Assembly: GCF_036971445.1 (NCBI RefSeq)
Contig: NC_091470.1
Coordinates: 185,132,001-185,196,000, forward strand
Source of the DNA: Narcine bancroftii
Taxonomy: Eukaryota
DNA length: 64,000 bases
Reading direction: 5' to 3'
A program made the translations under genes and the position numbers. Positions 61,280-64,000 of this stretch are shown here, piece by piece. Under the pieces are notes generated by a model. That model was not told the origin of the DNA and did no database searches. It worked only from the letters and a program-made list of their open reading frames with translations. How positions within the stretch are numbered: position 1 is the stretch's first letter; every line of letters starts with the position of its first letter.

Positions 61280-61808
61280 TGGGTGGGCTTCCAAGATGGA
61301 TAAAGTTTGACAGGTTGCCACGTAGGCGTCGACAAACAATTTGGGAAATGTGTACCTTACGCATCAGGCAATGCGTGGAACCAAAATACAAGGACACCCT
61401 TGCCACAGTGTGCTGAGGTTTTACCTGTCCTAGATGTTGCGAAGGATGAGCTTGGCCCTGTTGCTACACAATGTCCCAGTTAGATGGACTTTGCCACACC
61501 ACCTATCATTCATGGAAAAGTTCTTCCAGAGCAACATCTATGACCACAAGGCCATCAGGCAGTGGTCAATATGGAACACACTGCAGACACAGAGACAAGG
61601 ACTATATGGATCCAGTGAGATGGTTCTCTGAGCAAACCGACCAGGTCATCTGGCAGAATGCCTCACAAACTAGCACCAGGTCTTGGCCTGGCTGGGGGTG
61701 AGAGGGGCCCTCCCAATCAGATCCTTCCTGTACAATTGGAACATCACCCTCCATGCACTTGCCCTTGAGATGGCTGCAATGGAGTGGAGACTGTCGCCCA
61801 TAATAGAG

Positions 61809-61931
61809 GATCTCCCAGGACGAGACTATTCCATTGCACTTTGGGTGTGCTGACATCTGCGAGGTCCCCAATGCAGGATACACGACTGCAAAATTTGTGG
61901 TAGTGGGGCACTGCGTTCATGCTCTCCCCTG
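61809..61931 (+). pseudogene. RNU1: 5'-truncated U1 snRNA pseudogene
   Basis: GATCTCCCAGGACGAG..CCATTGCAC..AATTTGTGGTAGTGGGGCACTGCGTTCATGCTCTCCCCTG; lacks the first ~40 nt; 3'-box-like GAAAGGCAGA follows. Confidence 0.9.
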
Positions 61932-62199
61932 ATTCTCGAAAGGCAGAGTGGTGTACAGCAAGGTTGGAGACTTCTGCAAACACCGGCAATGAGTGCCCTA
62001 CATTGCTGGAGGAGCTCTCCCCTGACTTTCAGTGCAAAGACAGAACCGGTTCACAGTGAATTTAGGAGCCTGTTGGACACTAAAACAAGCCCCAGCACTG
62101 ACTCCAGCAATGAATAGCCAGGGATTGGTGGAGGGGCTCAGTTGGATCAGACAAGCACGTACCTATATCATCAGTTATCAGGCAGAGCCACAGAACATG

Positions 62200-62460
62200 G
62201 AAGCAGAACTACACCCTGGCACAATGTGTTTTGCCTGACACCCTGGCATGTTTGTGTTTTGCACTTACACTCTGACACGATTGTGTGTGGCCTGACACCC
62301 TGTCACATTTGTGTGTTGCATTTCACCTGGCAATGTGTGCTGCATTACACCCCAGTGCATTTGTGGGTTGCACTACACCCTGGTGCATTTGTTGAACCAT
62401 ACCCTGGGACGGTTGTATGTTGGATTACACCCAGCGTATTTGTGTGTTGCACTATGCCCT
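62200..62460. repeat. Degenerate ~28-bp tandem repeat (ACACCCTGG..ATTTGTGTGTTGCACT)
   Basis: Recurring motif visible. Confidence 0.6.
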
Positions 62461-63292
62461 GCTGCCATCAGATTCTGAATGATCCTTGAATTTTTATTTT
62501 TATTTTGTACAGTGGTTTATATAAATGTTTGCCCTGTGATCCTACTGCAAAACAACAAATTTTGTAATATTTTCATGAAAATAAATTCTGTGATTCTGAA
62601 TATTGTAAAGGTTGGATAGAGTAGACGTGGAAAAGACATTTCCAATCGTGAGAGAGTCTGAGACCAGGCTTGGGCAAGGTGTAGTACCTGTTTAGCCTCC
62701 CAATCAGGGTCACGTGAAGCCATGGATTGTACATGGCGAATGTTGTTTGCAAGCAGATTCTACAAATTGGAATTTATGGTTGGAAAACTAAAAACGCTGG
62801 GCAGATGGGCACTGCAACTGAAGAAGGCAATGGGAAGCCCCGAAGGAGGCAACAACTACAATTCAGAGGGTCAGAGACTGTGACGGATGGGGGGAAAATG
62901 ATCGCCCGTGCCAAACAGCAAGGCTCCTGAATGATGATGAGAAATTTAAAAGAATTTGTATTGCTGGGTAAATGCCAGTGGAATTGATAAATATTTTGAA
63001 CATCCGGTATGTAAATAGTGTGAAAATCTCAGTCATGTGATTTTTTTTGCAGCGTGTGAGTTTTACATCGCCCTGCCCCTTACAAACATCTCTTTAATGC
63101 TGTGCCACAGGTTCTAATGTCTCCACCAGCTGAAGCTCGGATAAACACCACTGCACTTCCTTTGGGTTCTCTAGAAGATTCCCTGGTCCGGAAGACCACA
63201 ACCTAGTTTGTAGTTGGTAAATTGTGAAAATACATCTCCTGTTGTCATATAGGAAGATAAAGAAAGCAGCGCCCTTTGACACAAACAGCCAC

Positions 63293-64000
63293 AAAACATG
63301 GGAGCAGAAATAGGCCATTCAGCTCATCAAATCTGTCCCAGCATTCAATCGTGCTGATCTGCTCTCCCACTCAGTCCTACTGTCTGGCCTTAAAATGGAA
63401 CATTTCAGCACTTGTACCAACCCAAAATACCTACCCTCCCTATCTCATAAACACAATTTTGCTTTCATCCATGGACCTGTCTTGAGAGTCTCTTAAATGC
63501 TCGTATTGTTCAGGCCTCTACCACCACTCCTGGCAATGCATTCCAGACACCCACAACTCCATACACTCCTCTCCACCACATTTGATGCCCTGGCTAATCA
63601 AGAACCTATCAATCTCTGCTTAAGTGCACCCAACGACACTGCCTCCACAACCCCCTGTGGCAACAAATTCCGCAGATTCACCCCCCTCTGGCTGAAGAAA
63701 TTCTTCCGCATCTCTGTTTCCAAGCAGACGCCTTTCAATCGTGAAGTTGTACCCTCATATCCTGGACTCCCCCACCAGAAGAAACAACCTTTCTACATGT
63801 ACTCTGTCTACACATTTCAACATTTGAAGTGTTTCATTGAGGTCCCACCCTCATTCACTTAAATTCCAACGAGGGCAGGTCAAAAACTGTCAAACACTCC
63901 TCATATAATGACTCATTCCCGGAATCATCCTTGTGAACCTCTTCTGAACCTTCTTTAATGTCAGCATATAAATGAGGAACTCGAAACTGCTCAAAATACT
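63293..64000 (-). mobile_element. CR1 3' end fragments
   Basis: aacatgggagcagaaataggccattcagc tail; minus-strand RRNFFSQRGVNLRNLLPQGVVEA. Confidence 0.75.

Larger units (their letters stand above)
56672..61800 (+). mobile_element. Decayed Tx1-clade LINE ORF2, split by two insertions
   Basis: SDGRPVELY..SMRKGVITLIFKQKG..NGDYKILSK..DQ..VPGRKISDSL; GVGQGCPLSP; YMDV; WQNAS..GALPIRSFL..CP.DGCNGVETVAH. Confidence 0.85.

Overview
Vertebrate genomic DNA, most likely a cartilaginous fish (inferred from a shark-UAA-like MHC I exon and the V-SINE/CR1/Rex1/Tx1/L1 repertoire). It is repeat-dense and has four N gaps. The very long Pro/Gly ORFs in the track are artefacts of purine/pyrimidine minisatellites. 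Host loci read from the sequence: (1) an MHC class I pseudogene on the minus strand (leader exon, alpha-2 exon, and a promoter with kB, ISRE-like and two X-Y modules); (2) a full-length variant U1 snRNA gene with DSE, PSE and 3' box, plus a second 5'-truncated U1 remnant; (3) two tandem, compact MS4A (CD20-like) tetraspan genes on the plus strand, each with six coding exons and an upstream CpG island. Mobile DNA: an internally deleted HERV-I/IP-like endogenous retrovirus (tRNA-Pro PBS, 4-bp TSD) in an MS4A intron with a full-length L1 inside its 5' LTR; a near-full-length CR1 carrying nested insertions; Tx1, Rex1/Babar and Penelope fragments; solo LTRs; and a palindromic MITE. Most unusual: two copies of an ORF1-only (HAL1-like) L1 family show strong sense-strand C-to-T hypermutation. 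One copy has captured an HSP90-alpha coding fragment that records the same C-to-T changes. Both keep a structured spacer island that is also present in the autonomous L1.
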